Positions 51,201 to 64,000 of a DNA stretch of 64,000 nt are shown here, one piece after another. Source of the DNA: Leptogorgia sarmentosa (Eukaryota); assembly GCA_964658305.1 (NCBI GenBank), contig OZ210885.1:620001-684000 (forward strand), written 5' to 3'. The notes beneath the pieces are model-generated. The model worked only from the letters and a program-made list of their open reading frames with translations, made no database searches and had not been told where the DNA came from. A program made the translations under genes and the position numbers. How positions within the stretch are numbered: position 1 is the first letter of the stretch; the number at the start of each line of letters is the position of its first letter.

Positions 51201-54200
51201 GGTTCCTCTTGGAGTATGTGCTCCTCTGTCGATACTTCTTTCTTGGCTTCTTCAGGATCTTCAGAATCTTCATCTTGCTCAAGCGTTTCCTCGGCGATGT
51301 CTTCTACTGATTGCTCTTCTACATAGTCGTCTGTTTCCTCTTCACTGAGGACAGATTCTTCTTGGAACATAGACTCGTCTACCAATGCTTCTTTTTTCTC
51401 GACTGGTTCGTATTCAGGATGTTCTTCTACCAATACTTCCTCTTTCTTGACAGACTCGTCGTCTTTTTGAGGACGTTCAAAATGTTCATGTTGGTCAAGC
51501 AGTTCCTCTGGACTGTCATCGACTAAGGCTTCTTCTAGTTGGCCTTCCGTTTCTTCTATTCTAAGGACTGACTCTTCTTCGATAATGGATTCCTGTGGAG
51601 CTCTTTCTTCTAACAATACTTCCTCTTTCTTGACCGATTCGCCTTCTTCAAAAGGTTCATAGTGTCCAAGTTTCTCTTCTGTGTTCTCTGGAATGCTCTC
51701 TTCTGGAAAATCTTCTTTTTCTTCTACAAGTGCTCCTTCTTCAGAAACTTTATTTTGAACAAAGTTTTCCCATTGGCTTTCTTGAACTCTCTGGTATTCG
51801 TCATCTACTCGTTCTTCTTGGAATGCTTGTGCGGGTATTGATGTTTCATGAAGTGATTCATCGTTTGGAGGGAACTCTCCAATCAGGCGAAACACATCTT
51901 CCGAGACAGCATATGAATGCTCCCTGACTTCTCTTGAGATACTGTCGTGTTCTATTGGTTCCAATACGTTTGACTCAACCTGATCTTCTTTGTCTGAATA
52001 CAACTGCTCATCGTCTTCGTAGTGTCTGTCCTCCAAGGTTGGCGTAGAATTAGCTTGAGGAATTTCCTTTTCGAGTTCTTGGTTGTCTAATTCAAAATGA
52101 AGAAAATAAGGAAAAGATGATAATGCAATTATACTTTGCTAATTAGTAGATCAAAAATCGAATTATCGTTTATATTCCGGGTGTAGGTATTGGTGTATTT
52201 TGCAGCATTTATGCTACGTGTTTTTTGTATGAGCACAGTTTGTGATATTGTAATGTAAACGTAAGGCAGGGATAAGTCCATAAAAAGTCAAGTCTCTTTC
52301 CAGCAAATATAAATGGATTTTATCTTGCAAAAGGTAAATATCCACCTTAAAAGCAGAAATATTATAACTGGATTACCTGGTTCATTTTCCAGTGTGTCTT
52401 CTGAAAACAAACTGTTGAACTCTTCGTCAACGACGCCATGATCAACTGTTCTGGCAAATGTTGGCGTTACCAGATGCTCTAAGACTGGAAGGGCTGCATC
52501 AGAGGTGGTGGTGTTCTCATCGTCTATTCTACGAATCACAGCACGTTGACCATCATTTTCTGGTGATAGAATAGTTTCGTCATTCGTGGACTGGGATAGC
52601 ATTAATGGTCGTGGGCTTTCTAGTATGTCCTCGATCATTTGCCAATCTTCAGTGTCTTTGCTGTCGCTCACTCCAGGACGGGTAACAATTGATGCTTCTT
52701 TAACCTGAGAAAATTTTAAAATTATTTCAGCGACGTTAGGACGGCAGAAAGACGATTGAAAGTTAGGTTTCTTTTCTTTGTAAACTACAAGATTAGTGTG
52801 TGCAAATTTTGATAATCTAAAATTGTCATCATTTAGGCCGCACCTGCCCAAACTCTTTGTCATAGTGGTGAAGATATTGTTGACTTTTTCTTAACACTAT
52901 AGGACTCTGTACTCCGGGGTCATTCTTCAGTTCTTCTTTCTTTATGTCTTCAGGAGTACTTTCAACTCTGGTCTTTTCACTTTCCGGTGGACGATGTGGT
53001 GTTTCCTCTTCCTCGCGTACCATTTCTTGTCTAGTGAACTCCATTTCTTCGCTAAACGTGCGACTCAACCGTTTGTACACCGAACCCTCTTCGCTTCCAA
53101 TGTCCTCGCGAGACGTCGACTTACTAAGTACAACGTATTCATCCACGTCTGGTTTTCTTGGCTCTGTCCCTTCGTCTATTTCTTCCTCACCGCTAGACTC
53201 CGTCTCCCAGGTTTGTCTTGTGTTGGTTAACAATTTCTCAATTTGATCAACTGCCCTTGATGGACTTGGTGGAGGACTTTCGTATTCATGTTCTAGCGCA
53301 TTCTCCTTCATCACTACATCTCCGTTAACTTCCGGTTGCTTGGCACTTTCCAACGGTGTGGACGAATGGTCAATCCAAACAAGCTGATTAAATTCTCCGC
53401 TGGGTGGGCGGAAAACATATGTTTCCTCGGTCCGTGACGGTGATAATATTCCTCCGAAACTATTTTTCTTCTTCTTATCTTCAACAACGTTCTTGTTTTC
53501 GTCGTATCTCCTGAAATAACAATTAACGATGAAAAAAAAACAAACTAACTACAGCCCAACATTACCTGAATCTGTGTTAAAAATTTGTTTGAAGCTGCCA
53601 ACAAGTCCGGCTGTGTATGTTGGCAACACTGAAAAACATTTGTACCCGAAAAACTGAGAATATGTTGACCATAAATTCAATTCAACTTTTTCACAAGCCA
53701 CCACAAATATATATGCAATATTTATACGTATAGATTATTACAGTTACCTTTTCTTTATGGAAGCAATTTCTTTCATATCTGTGAAAATAAAATTTACTGT
53801 AGTGTTTGTGCAATTGTTTGACCCTTTCTCGATATATGAGCAACTGAAATAAGTCGGGGTTGGAGTGGTGGTCTGGTCAACGTCATTCACTATATTTATA
53901 TTTCGGTTGCTCATATATCGAGAAAGCGCCAGTTTTTTGCTGTTTCATGCACGGCTGCACAGAAGATTCATGTTGGGCCCACTTCAGTGACACATGATAC
54001 ATATTAGTAATCGTATGGTGTCGTTTCGGGTGCTGACATTGCTGTTATCATATTATAGTTACTTGTTATAGGTTCCGATTTGAGTCCCACCATTAAGGGA
54101 ACATGAACCAATCAGATGCCTTAAGTTTATCCAGCTAACCAATCACATTTGCAATAGGCTAGTGTAAGGTAGCGGTAGTGGAAGTCAAATCTGAACCTCG

Positions 54201-57200
54201 CTATTGCTAACAATGCTTATCCATTTCGTATTACCCTTTATCATAAATATAGTAACTACTCTATAGAGTAGTTTTTTCTCTGAAAATGACATGACGTGCG
54301 CGGTAAACCACCAAACTTACCTGGGCTACACAATTTTCCGACATTTTCTTTAACGATTCCATCAATGTTACCAGGAGGACTGTATTGCGCTACAACGACA
54401 GAAAATCCATCTTTTCCTACAGCTTTCCCCACACCAAGCTCTCGACTGTCATGCCATACCAGTTGTGTAAAATTCAATGTCTCAGCATTAGGATTTGAAC
54501 TGGAAAAATCATGGCTTTGTATTTCTCCATACCACCGATGGCTAACCTAAGATGCAGTGAAAATTATTTTCGTATGTCGTTGTATATCATTGCAAATGGT
54601 GGCTCTGTTCCTATACCAAGTGCTCGCTATCTATTTCTCGATGTCTTCGCTTCAACTTATTTTGTGTAAAAATTTGGTCTCTTATTGTTTGATCTCTGAT
54701 TCAATCTATTAAAACAACTAGCTACCATACACGCGTAATTTATTTTCCTTGGCACAAATTCTACAAAAATTAGAATTAACTAATTTCATTTGTAATTTTA
54801 TTTGTGTATTACTACAATGATGTTTGAGACCAGCTGAAGGCTGCTTGCACGACCATTAGCTGGGGCTCCCCCACCAAGCCGAAGTCACACCCGACCTGGC
54901 TTGACTAGTAGTCATGGGCCAACTGTCCCCTATGGCTGTATACTCCCTGATCAGACATGAGACATGTCGATCTGTACCCTCTGCAGAGGCATTACTTAGT
55001 ACAACGATTTGGGGAGAGAAAACTATTTTTGCCCGAAAATGGGGAATCCTCGATAATAATCCTATGCTAAGAGTGCCAAAACATATGAAGGGGGGTGGCA
55101 CGAAAACAGTAAATATGGGGTTAGGAGTTAGGTGGCAACCATAAAAACCTTCCACCCGATAATAGCGAGGTTCACCTTTAAGAGACCATGAGCCAATCAG
55201 ATGCTTTAAGTCTGTTCAGTTAACCCATCACATTCGCCACTATAGGTCAGCATATGGTTGCGATAGTGGAAGTCAAATCTGAACTTCACTAATGTTAACC
55301 GTGCGAATTAGGAAATGCAAATTTATTTTTTCTTACCTTGAATGCGGTTAGATCCTCTCTTTCAGCATAGGCAATACTCTCACCAACGTGCTCATCATTG
55401 CTATAGGTAATTTTTCCAGATCTCAGTAATTGATTGGCCCAGTTCTGAGCATTATTCATCAGCAAATGAGACATCGTCAGCGGAGGAGATGCGTGACGTG
55501 CTCGCAGGTAATTGGTAAATACAAGAAATTCTGTACGAAACTTTTCCAGTTCTAAACCAAAGAAATAATCTTTGAAGCGTGTACGAGTTTGAAGTTTATG
55601 ATACTGAATTTCCATAAATCTTGCATGTTGGACGTTGAGGGATATGTATATAGCGACGGTTTAAGACTTGGCCAGCAACACGTCGGGCTTTGTAGAAATT
55701 GATTCTTCACGATGCCATATTAAACAATTATTGAATGAGGTCGAGTACGATATGCTGTACACAAACCGAGGCCTTAATAATTCAGCATATCCTACGAGAA
55801 CCGAATTTAATAATTGTTTTATTATTTATTGGTATCTTTATCCGACTTAGTGTAAACGGTTGCAATTGCATTGTAAACAAGAACTTCTATTTTTCGCCGT
55901 TTTTACATAAGCAGCAAAAATTAGTCGACGTCATAATGTCATATAATTTCAATATACGACATAATTACGTAATAATGTCGTATATGTGTTTTATCGAGCA
56001 GATATGACGAATTCACCCACTGCTCTTAACCAATCAAAACTTTTGAATTTTTTTAATAAATAATAATCGTAATTATAACTACCCTAGCCCCTTGATAATG
56101 TTAAAGAGGTAATTGATTCAACAGTCGTTGACCCACCCACCGTATTGGCCGTATTCAGCCATTATGCCAGCAGGTTTCGTTGTCTCGGCAATAACACCAT
56201 CAATACTATCCTCGATTATCCCCACATTGTCGTTGAATTCCTCCACTACATTTCCCGGTGGAAAGTAATAGGCGACCACGATACACATATCGTTATTAAA
56301 AGCTTTTCCGATCCCGAAATAACGGCTTCCTCGCCATATTAACTAAAAAATTATAAAGTGTAATGCGTTTAACGGATTCTGATAAATCGGCATTGCAAGC
56401 CCAAAATTAAATTTAAATTTAATGACACGAAATGTACTGCGTCTTATTGTCTACCTGACATCAATAAGTAGAGAATTGTTTAATACCTATAACATGTTTT
56501 TATCGCCAGAATCTAAATCTGCATCTCGCCAACTATTGCGAACGCCGATAAATAGCGATATTTTTTTGTAAACATTGTGAATGCTACTAAATGTCACGAC
56601 ATTCGTGCGGATTGTTGGGCTACCTATGCTGCGAAGAAAGTATATGACAAACCTGTGTAAAGTTTCCAGTGTCTGGTGAAAACGATGGATCCTCGAAGTT
56701 GAACAACTTGGATTCATCGTACCACAACTTGGCGGCTTTTTTCCCGTTCAAATCATATCCTTTCCGCCCCGCCAAGTTTTCGCCATACGCGATGTTTTCA
56801 CTGTGAATAAATTGTTCAGAATCCAGCAAGTGTTGCGCCCATCTTTGCGCCTCGTACGCCAGTTTATATGACCACTGTAGAGGTGGAGCTCTGTGTCTTT
56901 GGCGATATTTATTATGCGCCACGAGACAATCTTCTTGAAATTGACGAAGACCTGTCAAGAATAACGAGCTTTTAAGCAAACAGTATGTAGTGGCGGATCA
57001 AGGATCGGATTATATTTTGGTTATAACATTTCTCTGATGTTTTACAGTTACATAGTTTCTGCCGACCAATGTTTCTGTCAGGGGCCCCGCGCGAGCTTGA
57101 TCCGCCCCTGACAGTCTGTTTACGCGTTTAGGGATGTGGTAGATACGTTGCCAGATTAGATATCCCGTTGGGGATGTTTTAAAGGTTGAAATTGCTAGTT

Positions 57201-60200
57201 AAAAATACTTTATACACTCTACGCGATTACCTGGAATGCGATTCAAAGCCAAGCTGTCAATCACTGGAATTGACGTTTCTCTGAACTCTGACTTCCTTAA
57301 TACATTTGCAGTAAAATCACCCGTATTTCCCGGGGGGTGATACCTTGCTACAATGATCTCTTTTCCATGTTTAGTTCTTGCTCGACCAACCCCCATCTCA
57401 CGAGACGCCTTCCAGAGGATTTGAGTAAAATTCTGCGTAAATTTACTTAAGGTGTCTCTGGTGTAATCATAATCTTTTCCCTCCTCATACCACATGCGAG
57501 ACACCAAAGTCCCGGTAAGCTGTGAGCCCCAGGTGCATGCTATGTTCTCGTTATAAGACTCATCTTTAGGACTTCGCTCAAACTGATCATTTTTGGCCAA
57601 CGTTTCTGCCCAATGTTGAGCGCCATCGGATAACTGGAATGACAAACTGAGCGGTGTTGTACTATGCTGAGCTCTGTATTGATTGTGCGCGATCAATGTC
57701 TCCGTGCGGAAGCTCTCGATTTCTAAAAGAAAAAGGAATTTCGATCGGAAAATGCGGCATTCGAACATTACATCCGCAGGAACGAAGGAAAGAATGCTTC
57801 TGCGACAATTTTTCCTAGTTTGCCCAGGGCATAAAGCTCCATCACATGTCCCTTATAAAAGAGTTTCTCGTGGAAAGCTCACATCGTACACAGTTTAGTG
57901 TAATGCTACATATAGAATCCTTATGAAGTATCAATGCAAGTTATTATGCAACGCATTAAACTCAGTCTGGCTCTGTGTTTGATGCAACTGCTGACAGAGC
58001 GTTTGACGTGAAAAGTTTCTTGTAGTAGCTATACCAGGAAGAATTTTCACGTTATTTGGGCCAGGCATTGTTGTAACGATTTCGAGAAAAAAGTTTTAAT
58101 TCGGGTTTTACTTTTGGCACGAATTATGATGCACACAAGTAAACAGTTCATACAGGTTTAGAGACCAATTTTGCATCGTGACAGTAACTAGCTATATATG
58201 ATTTCGTGTGCTATATTTACATAACTTCAGTAGATGGCGATGATTAGTAACTAATTATTTACAAGACGATCGAATTTAGGATGAACAAGACAACGGGTCG
58301 AGCTTTCACACTGGCCGCGCTGAGCCAATGTCAATCACACAATGTATGAACCATAAGAAAACAACGGCCTTGCTTAGCATTATTGCAGTTTTTTCACCCA
58401 AAAAAACTTTTTTTGCAGACTCGTTCTGTGCGGACGGTAGGGACCTTGACGAAATTATTTTCGGCTTTTTCACTCAAAAAATCTTTTTTCGTTTCTTCCT
58501 TGACTATTCTTGCTTTTTAACACTTTCACAATGTCTGGGATGTTGAAAAAAATATTTTTTGCTTCTTCCTTGAGAGCCCACGATGGCTCAATGGAATGTC
58601 ACATTCGCGACTACCAAAAGTCGGCCGCAGCCAGTGTAAATAGCGGGCGTTTTGTTTCGTGAATAATGATTATACTATATATCCGGTAATGAAGAGCAGG
58701 ATGCGGCGCGCAAAGGGAATGAATTAGTGTTTGGCAATTGATCATTTCATTTTATTTGCGTTTCCTTCAAGTGGCCATCAGTGGTAGAAAATGGCTACAA
58801 GCAATGGCATGGCTTATATTCCGCGTGTGTTGAAAATATGGCTTGTAAATGTCTGAATAAATATAGTTTCGCAAATGAATTTTGTCAAAGGAAATTTGGT
58901 CTTGAGAAAGCGGATTGAAATGTTCTGAGAAGAATAAAAAAAAAATTAAAGCAAATCATTTTTGCCATGCATATCAGTTGGTGATTAAAATCAGCCAAAT
59001 TTAGAGTATTATTTTGTGTGTAACGCCGTGTCTCATAATATATTTATCCAGTTTCGTTGTTAAACATATATTGGTTTGATCTTTGTCAGCTTATTGGGCG
59101 ATACACCACGAGACATTTTAGTTTTATGAATAATTAGTAGTAAACCGAAAAAACCCTATAGCCATCGAAAATCATTAGATGTTAATTGAAAAATGTTTCC
59201 CGCCTTCCGTTTTCGACAGACTGATCCATTTAAAGTAGATTTAATTTCTGGAGACAGTTTTTAATGATATTGAAACTGATCTTCAACTTCAGCCTGACGT
59301 AGTTTTGTTATAAAAATACGGTATGTTGTATTTATTATTCGCCAATAAACGTGGTACTATAGGCATAGTAAGTTATGCTTTGGGAAAAAACGTGTAGGCC
59401 ATCATTGTAACTTGTCTAATAATCCTAGCTTATGCAGTTAAATATTAAAGATATTTTATTCATTATCGTAGAACGGTTAAAATAAAACGGAAGATAAAAA
59501 TTTCCCATACAAATGTTTGCTCCGCCAAGCGTCTGCGTCGCTGCATTGTTTACACAGTATTTTAAAAAGTAATGCATGCATGTGCTCGACCTCATCGTGT
59601 ATAGTGTGCTTTTATATAAATGCTCGCCTTTTAGCGAAAACAAGAATTTGGCAACGTTGACACCGTCTTACAAAAGAAACTTCCCAGTCTATAGATCTGT
59701 TCCTATCCGTAGGAAAATTATCCTGAATTGAAACTGGAACTAGCCTTTGACGCTAATCATAAACTTGATCGTGCAAAGACAATATAGCTACATCGTAAAG
59801 CCAAAGATCTATAATTTTAGCGTCCATTTCATGAACGTTTAACCCTTTACGATGTTTGTTATACATGCACTTCTCGGTAAACTGAGTTTATTTTTTTAAG
59901 AATTTTGCCAGTGTTTATAATGCGGTTTGAGGGGTGAGAAAACCACATGTTGTGTTGAAGGGTCTCTCAAGCTGAGCCCCACCTTAAGAATTTTATCTCA
60001 AGATATTGAAATTGTCCTTGCTAAGTCGCTATTATAGCCAATTTAATTATTTAATCGTTTTGCTGATCAAAATATAGTTTTTTTGCAATTCATTGGTTTT
60101 TGTAGGCCATCCGAAACAAACAGTATATTGAACATCGCGTTTTAACAAATCACCTAGCCCCGGCACTGATCAAATAATTTTTGGCGCGCCGTTAATAATA

Positions 60201-61690
60201 ATCATTATGTAGCCTGTATGTAATGTATATCCGGGAACTTTAACAGTGCTGCAGTATAAGGTACTGGTAACAGGATATGTGATATATATAATTGAGTTTG
60301 TACTCGGACAAAATGAAAACATCAGTCCAAATCCAAACGTGTTAATTATTAAATATTTGTTGGGAAAATCAAGTGCTTTAAATTGTAAATATTCGTAAAT
60401 GCACACGTTTTAATGGATTTGTATCGAGCTTTAAGAATACGATTCGTACAATGTACACTGCCGTATAGAATTACTATACACGTAGTAAAAAATTTCGCAT
60501 ATTATGTCATTGTTGCTTATGCACATTATGATGAATGCATGTGATTAAAATTGTAAATTTTTCTTAATGATCGTGTCCAACACATCACTTGACCTATCTT
60601 CAAAAGTGTGCATCAAAAACCTTCACATGCAACAATGTATTAATTTTATTTTATTCTTTTTTTTAGCAAATCAACTCGCGTGGCTATTTGTGTAACGAGT
60701 TCTATATGTCGTTCTTGATGATGGAGAATATTTTGATTTATTAACTCGATCCTTATCAGGGTATGAAGAAAATGCATGCAGATTCACCGCATATGATAAT
60801 ACATTCACGTAATTAATATATTATGAAGATGCGAAGCGTCTGAAAACCGAAGCGAAATAATAATTCCATTTCTTCACAAATACGGACCGTTGATATATTT
60901 ATTCGGTGCAACATCGATGATGTACCTATGTTACTACTGAATATACAACACGCATGTATATCCAATTAACACAAGCGAGTTTTTAAGACTAAATATAGTA
61001 CTAAATATGAATGACCTCTGAAGACCTTTCTATTTGTTTGCCCATGGCTGGTGCTGTCTGCAATTCAACACCGATATAATGCAGTGTTCTCAAATTTTAC
61101 TGTACAAGCAAACACATTGATCTTTCTTTGCAAAAGACCAGTAGTTTGAAATCCGAAAAGAATGTTCAGTTTGTGAAATTTTACGAAAGAAAATCAAATC
61201 ATTCTGGAGACGGCATATCTTTGATAAAACCGATAAAGTCATGGAAGAAATTTGCACGTATAGCTACTGCTGTGCTGGACAAAGTTACCTCGGGCTATAA
61301 AAATGGAATAAAAGCAACTTATTCATGTCTGTATTAGTTTTGATGGGAAACGAAAAAAAAAATCGCTTCAGAAATGAAGCAAAATAATAACAATGTGGAC
61401 ATGATACAACTGACATGATGTAATATAGTACATATAGTCATTTAAATAATGTGCAGATAACACGAAGACCGTTTTGACAAATAAATGGGTTCTTGATGCA
61501 GTATATAAACCGTGAGTAACGTTTTATAGCAGTTCTTGAAAAATGGACGAGGATTATTTTCGTTGTAGCCAGTCAAATAAAGGCGTGACTTTCGCAAATA
61601 TTGTCTACGCTGCGACATTTGCACTCAAAACATGAATAGCGCTACAGAAGGAAATAAAACTTAGATAAAAAACTTACCCGATTTGTACAT
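42285..61690 (-). CDS. Giant multi-CAP (SCP/GAPR-1/GLIPR2-like) protein: 3 CAP domains + ~3000-aa acidic low-complexity region + 2 CAP domains, ~3813 aa, 12 exons
   Basis: Exons 61690-61678, 57722-57231, 56951-56653, 56342-56141, 55551-55337, 54546-54321, 53778-53748, 53510-52844, 52704-52377, 52086-44065, 43708-43214, 42736-42285 (sum 11442 nt; all GT-AG, phases match). CAP motifs HNxYRxxH, GENxA, WYxE, FTQxxW and YxPPGN recur five times. The first exon (MYKS) is the least certain. Confidence 0.85.
47200..51700 (-). repeat. Coding tandem repeat: ~54-aa (162-nt) Glu-rich units with 33-aa (99-nt) variants
   Basis: Consensus EKLEQDEVSELPEDQPVEKEEVLVEESTFQEESVLSEEETKDFEEEQAVEDFPE. A 162-nt period is visible at 49921/50083, a 99-nt period at 48170-48470, and a 732-nt higher-order duplication at 47797/48529. 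Confidence 0.9.
53824..53926. repeat. Small fold-back element
   Basis: 28-bp inverted repeats ctttctcgatatatgagcaactgaaata / tatttcggttgctcatatatcgagaaag. Confidence 0.7.
56988..57110. mobile_element. Small hAT-like MITE
   Basis: TIRs TAGTGGCGGATCAAG / CTTGATCCGCCCCTG; 8-bp duplication ACAGTATG / ACAGTCTG (7 of 8 match). Confidence 0.7.
58416..58551 (-). repeat. Dispersed inverted copy of the array core module
   Basis: Reverse complement reads ttcaacatcccagacattgtgaaagtgttaaaaagcaagaatagtcaaggaag...ctaccgtccgcacagaacgagtctg, matching the 34.9-39.2 kb units. Confidence 0.9.
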
Positions 61691-64000
61691 TTTCGCCTTT
61701 ATATTTCCCTTCAATATTGGTGGAAAACGGCTATCATCTCTTGAGGCGCTGTATGACTCAAATGCTCTGAAAGATTTTGTAATAGCGGGAAACAGGTGGT
61801 TCTTGAAGTGAGTTGTCTTTACATACACAATGTGGTCAGACAATTGTAATTGTCTTGCTGGCCAATAAAATTGAGTTTAGCTGCTGAAAAACAGCAGCTG
61901 TCGCGGGCTAGATTTTAATCTCGGTCTGTCAAATGCTGCTAAGAGTTCGCTTGGAAGTATATGTTGCTAGCAATGGCAAATCACTTGCCCCCCTCTTGAG
62001 GCCTGCCCATCATCCTATATGACAACACAGTGTGGAAAACGCAAAGATCAAACTGTGTTGTTGTATATTAATGACACATTTTACATTGTGGCTTCATTGT
62101 GAATATTAAACTACTGTCTGTAAACAAACCGTTCGGCAATATTGTGGGTTTTAAAATCATTGTTATACGTATTTCAAGAATTATATGTGTCACGGATGAT
62201 GAGTTTTCATGCTCACGGCTGTGTAGCGTACAAACGTATATACGGATATGACAGCATATAGTAATATTTTATCAGTGCTTAAATTAGCCGGTGGATTCAA
62301 ATATATTTATGTATTGACCAGAGTAAAATTTTGCCAACGATTCGGGTTTTCCCTGAGGACATCTTGTCATTTAATATCCTAACAAGACAAATTGAGCTGG
62401 AAAATATAAATTTGTGTCATGAGATAATATTGCTTCTCCGAAAGATATATGCTTGTTAGGGTTGTTGCCAAATGATTTGTTGCCAAATTTAAGAGTGCTA
62501 GCTAGCTATTATACCGCCAACATATTTACTGAGTCATGTCACATTCGTCATATTTTACCCTAACGCGGCTACTTTGATTCTTTCACACATATCTCGCCTT
62601 AAAACAACATTTTGTTTATGGCATGGGTGAGTATAATAGGTTGATTTAAAAACTTTCACGCGATTTTACACCGTGTGTGGGCCAAGAAATAAAATGACAG
62701 TTGAATTGCCATTAAAGCGCAGGAGGTTTCTGTCGTGACGTTAATTGATGTGTTGGGTTATCATGTGACTTGGCATAGTCCCTCGTGATCACATGCATAT
62801 AAAGTTTGCCATAATGATTATGATTAATAGAATGATTATTGCCAGTGCTGTAATATGATTGCCTGCTCTACTCTCTATCTATTTCTCGATAAAGTGATTT
62901 TTTTATAAAGAAAATTCTCCTCTCCTGGCTGGTCTTTCTGAATTATTTTGCGCAATATTGCATTTTGTGATCACTACTAAAACAATGAGATTACTCGCTC
63001 TCGATATTCGATTTCTATTTGGCGAGGGCGAAACCCGCGAATATCTATATCATTAATAATTATCGATATCATACAAATATAATATCATTACATTATAATT
63101 ATCACGTGGGACCATATCATAATTAGATCGCGACGGACTATGTCGTAAATATTGCAAAGGACTGCCTTCTGATATCACGAATGACTAAATCACATTTTCC
63201 CGCTCTTATTAGTAGCGCAATGCTATGTTTGGAAAAAAGTTTATAATTTATGCATGGAGGCCGGAAATTGCATGGTGTGAAATATGCATGGCAACTTTAG
63301 GCATCTGTTCCTTAGTGATAAATGCATTTATAGAAATTGTACAGTGACTTTGTATACTTGGTATTCGTGGCATTTTTCGGCATGGGCACAATAAAACAAT
63401 TAGCTATATTGCAATTATAAAACACTACATAAAACGGGTGCATTTTGGCATCTGGGTTTTTTGGCTTCCATTTACGTGGGTGGAAAAGCAAATCTCACTT
63501 TAACAAAAACAGAACATTTTTCCGATATCTGTTCACTCATAAACACACAGTATGTCGTCATAATGCAGTAAGAAGAACAAAATCAAATGGTTTTGGAAAT
63601 TTTGGGGGAAATTTTGAAGCGCACAAAGTAACTATGTGATCTCAACTTCACGGAAAAAGACTGGGACTAGCTGTCAGATACAAAATCCGTTTTTCGATTG
63701 AAACTACTGAATATCTCCCATAATAATTATACTTTATTTTGATTCCATATTTTTGTCAGAGCTATAGTTCTCATAACTAAACATAATTACAAAATTTCAA
63801 CTAGTTTCATATAGAATAACGAAAGATATAATTGAGTGAATATAGCAAATTAAATGGATTTCTTTCCAGACAACGTTTTCTGAGCGCCGATTGGCCAAAA
63901 TTGGCTGATTAGTTTGTAGCTACTTCTAAATTAGTAAAATACCGCGTACATATATTAGCCCTTGGAATATTCAACATCAGTGCGTGAGGGATGTCATAAA

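Noticed and set aside
44065..52086. Acidic biomineralization matrix protein, or a titin/neurofilament orthologue
   Set aside because: The assembled model has no signal peptide and no Ig, Fn3 or intermediate-filament rod domain; the similarity is compositional only.
44222..53246. Many plus-strand Ser/Phe/Leu-rich ORFs
   Set aside because: Antisense shadows of the GAA-rich coding exons.
54820..55160. GC-richer intronic insert, possible LINE 5' fragment, with 76- and 99-aa ORFs
   Set aside because: No diagnostic termini or protein motif.

Overview
AT-rich eukaryotic (animal) genomic DNA with GT-AG introns. The gene families and repeat types suggest an anthozoan cnidarian, probably an octocoral; this is inference, not a database result. 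I reconstructed six protein-coding genes by hand from splice sites and reading-frame phases. (1) Minus strand, 13 exons, ~695 aa: secreted protein with two fibrinogen-related/intelectin-like domains (9772->2177). (2) Minus strand, 5 exons: signal peptide + PAN/apple + USOMP5-like fibrinogen-related domain (17030->12894). (3) Intronless TMEM121/CECR6-like membrane protein (21668-22498). (4) A 2-exon, 77-aa secreted six-cysteine peptide gene absent from the ORF track, with TATA box and polyA signal (25707->25022). (5) Plus strand, 5 exons: signal peptide + PAN + F5/8 type C (discoidin) domain (30927-33516); it shares its first three exons with gene 2 but has a different C-terminal domain. (6) A giant ~3813-aa protein without signal peptide, carrying five GAPR-1-like CAP domains split 3+2 around an 8022-nt Glu-rich repeat exon (61690->42285). 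Non-coding DNA holds many MITEs and fold-back elements, a strand-flipping minisatellite, and a 4.3-kb modular tandem array (34919-39248). No rRNA, tRNA or CRISPR was found. Gene models have no transcript support.
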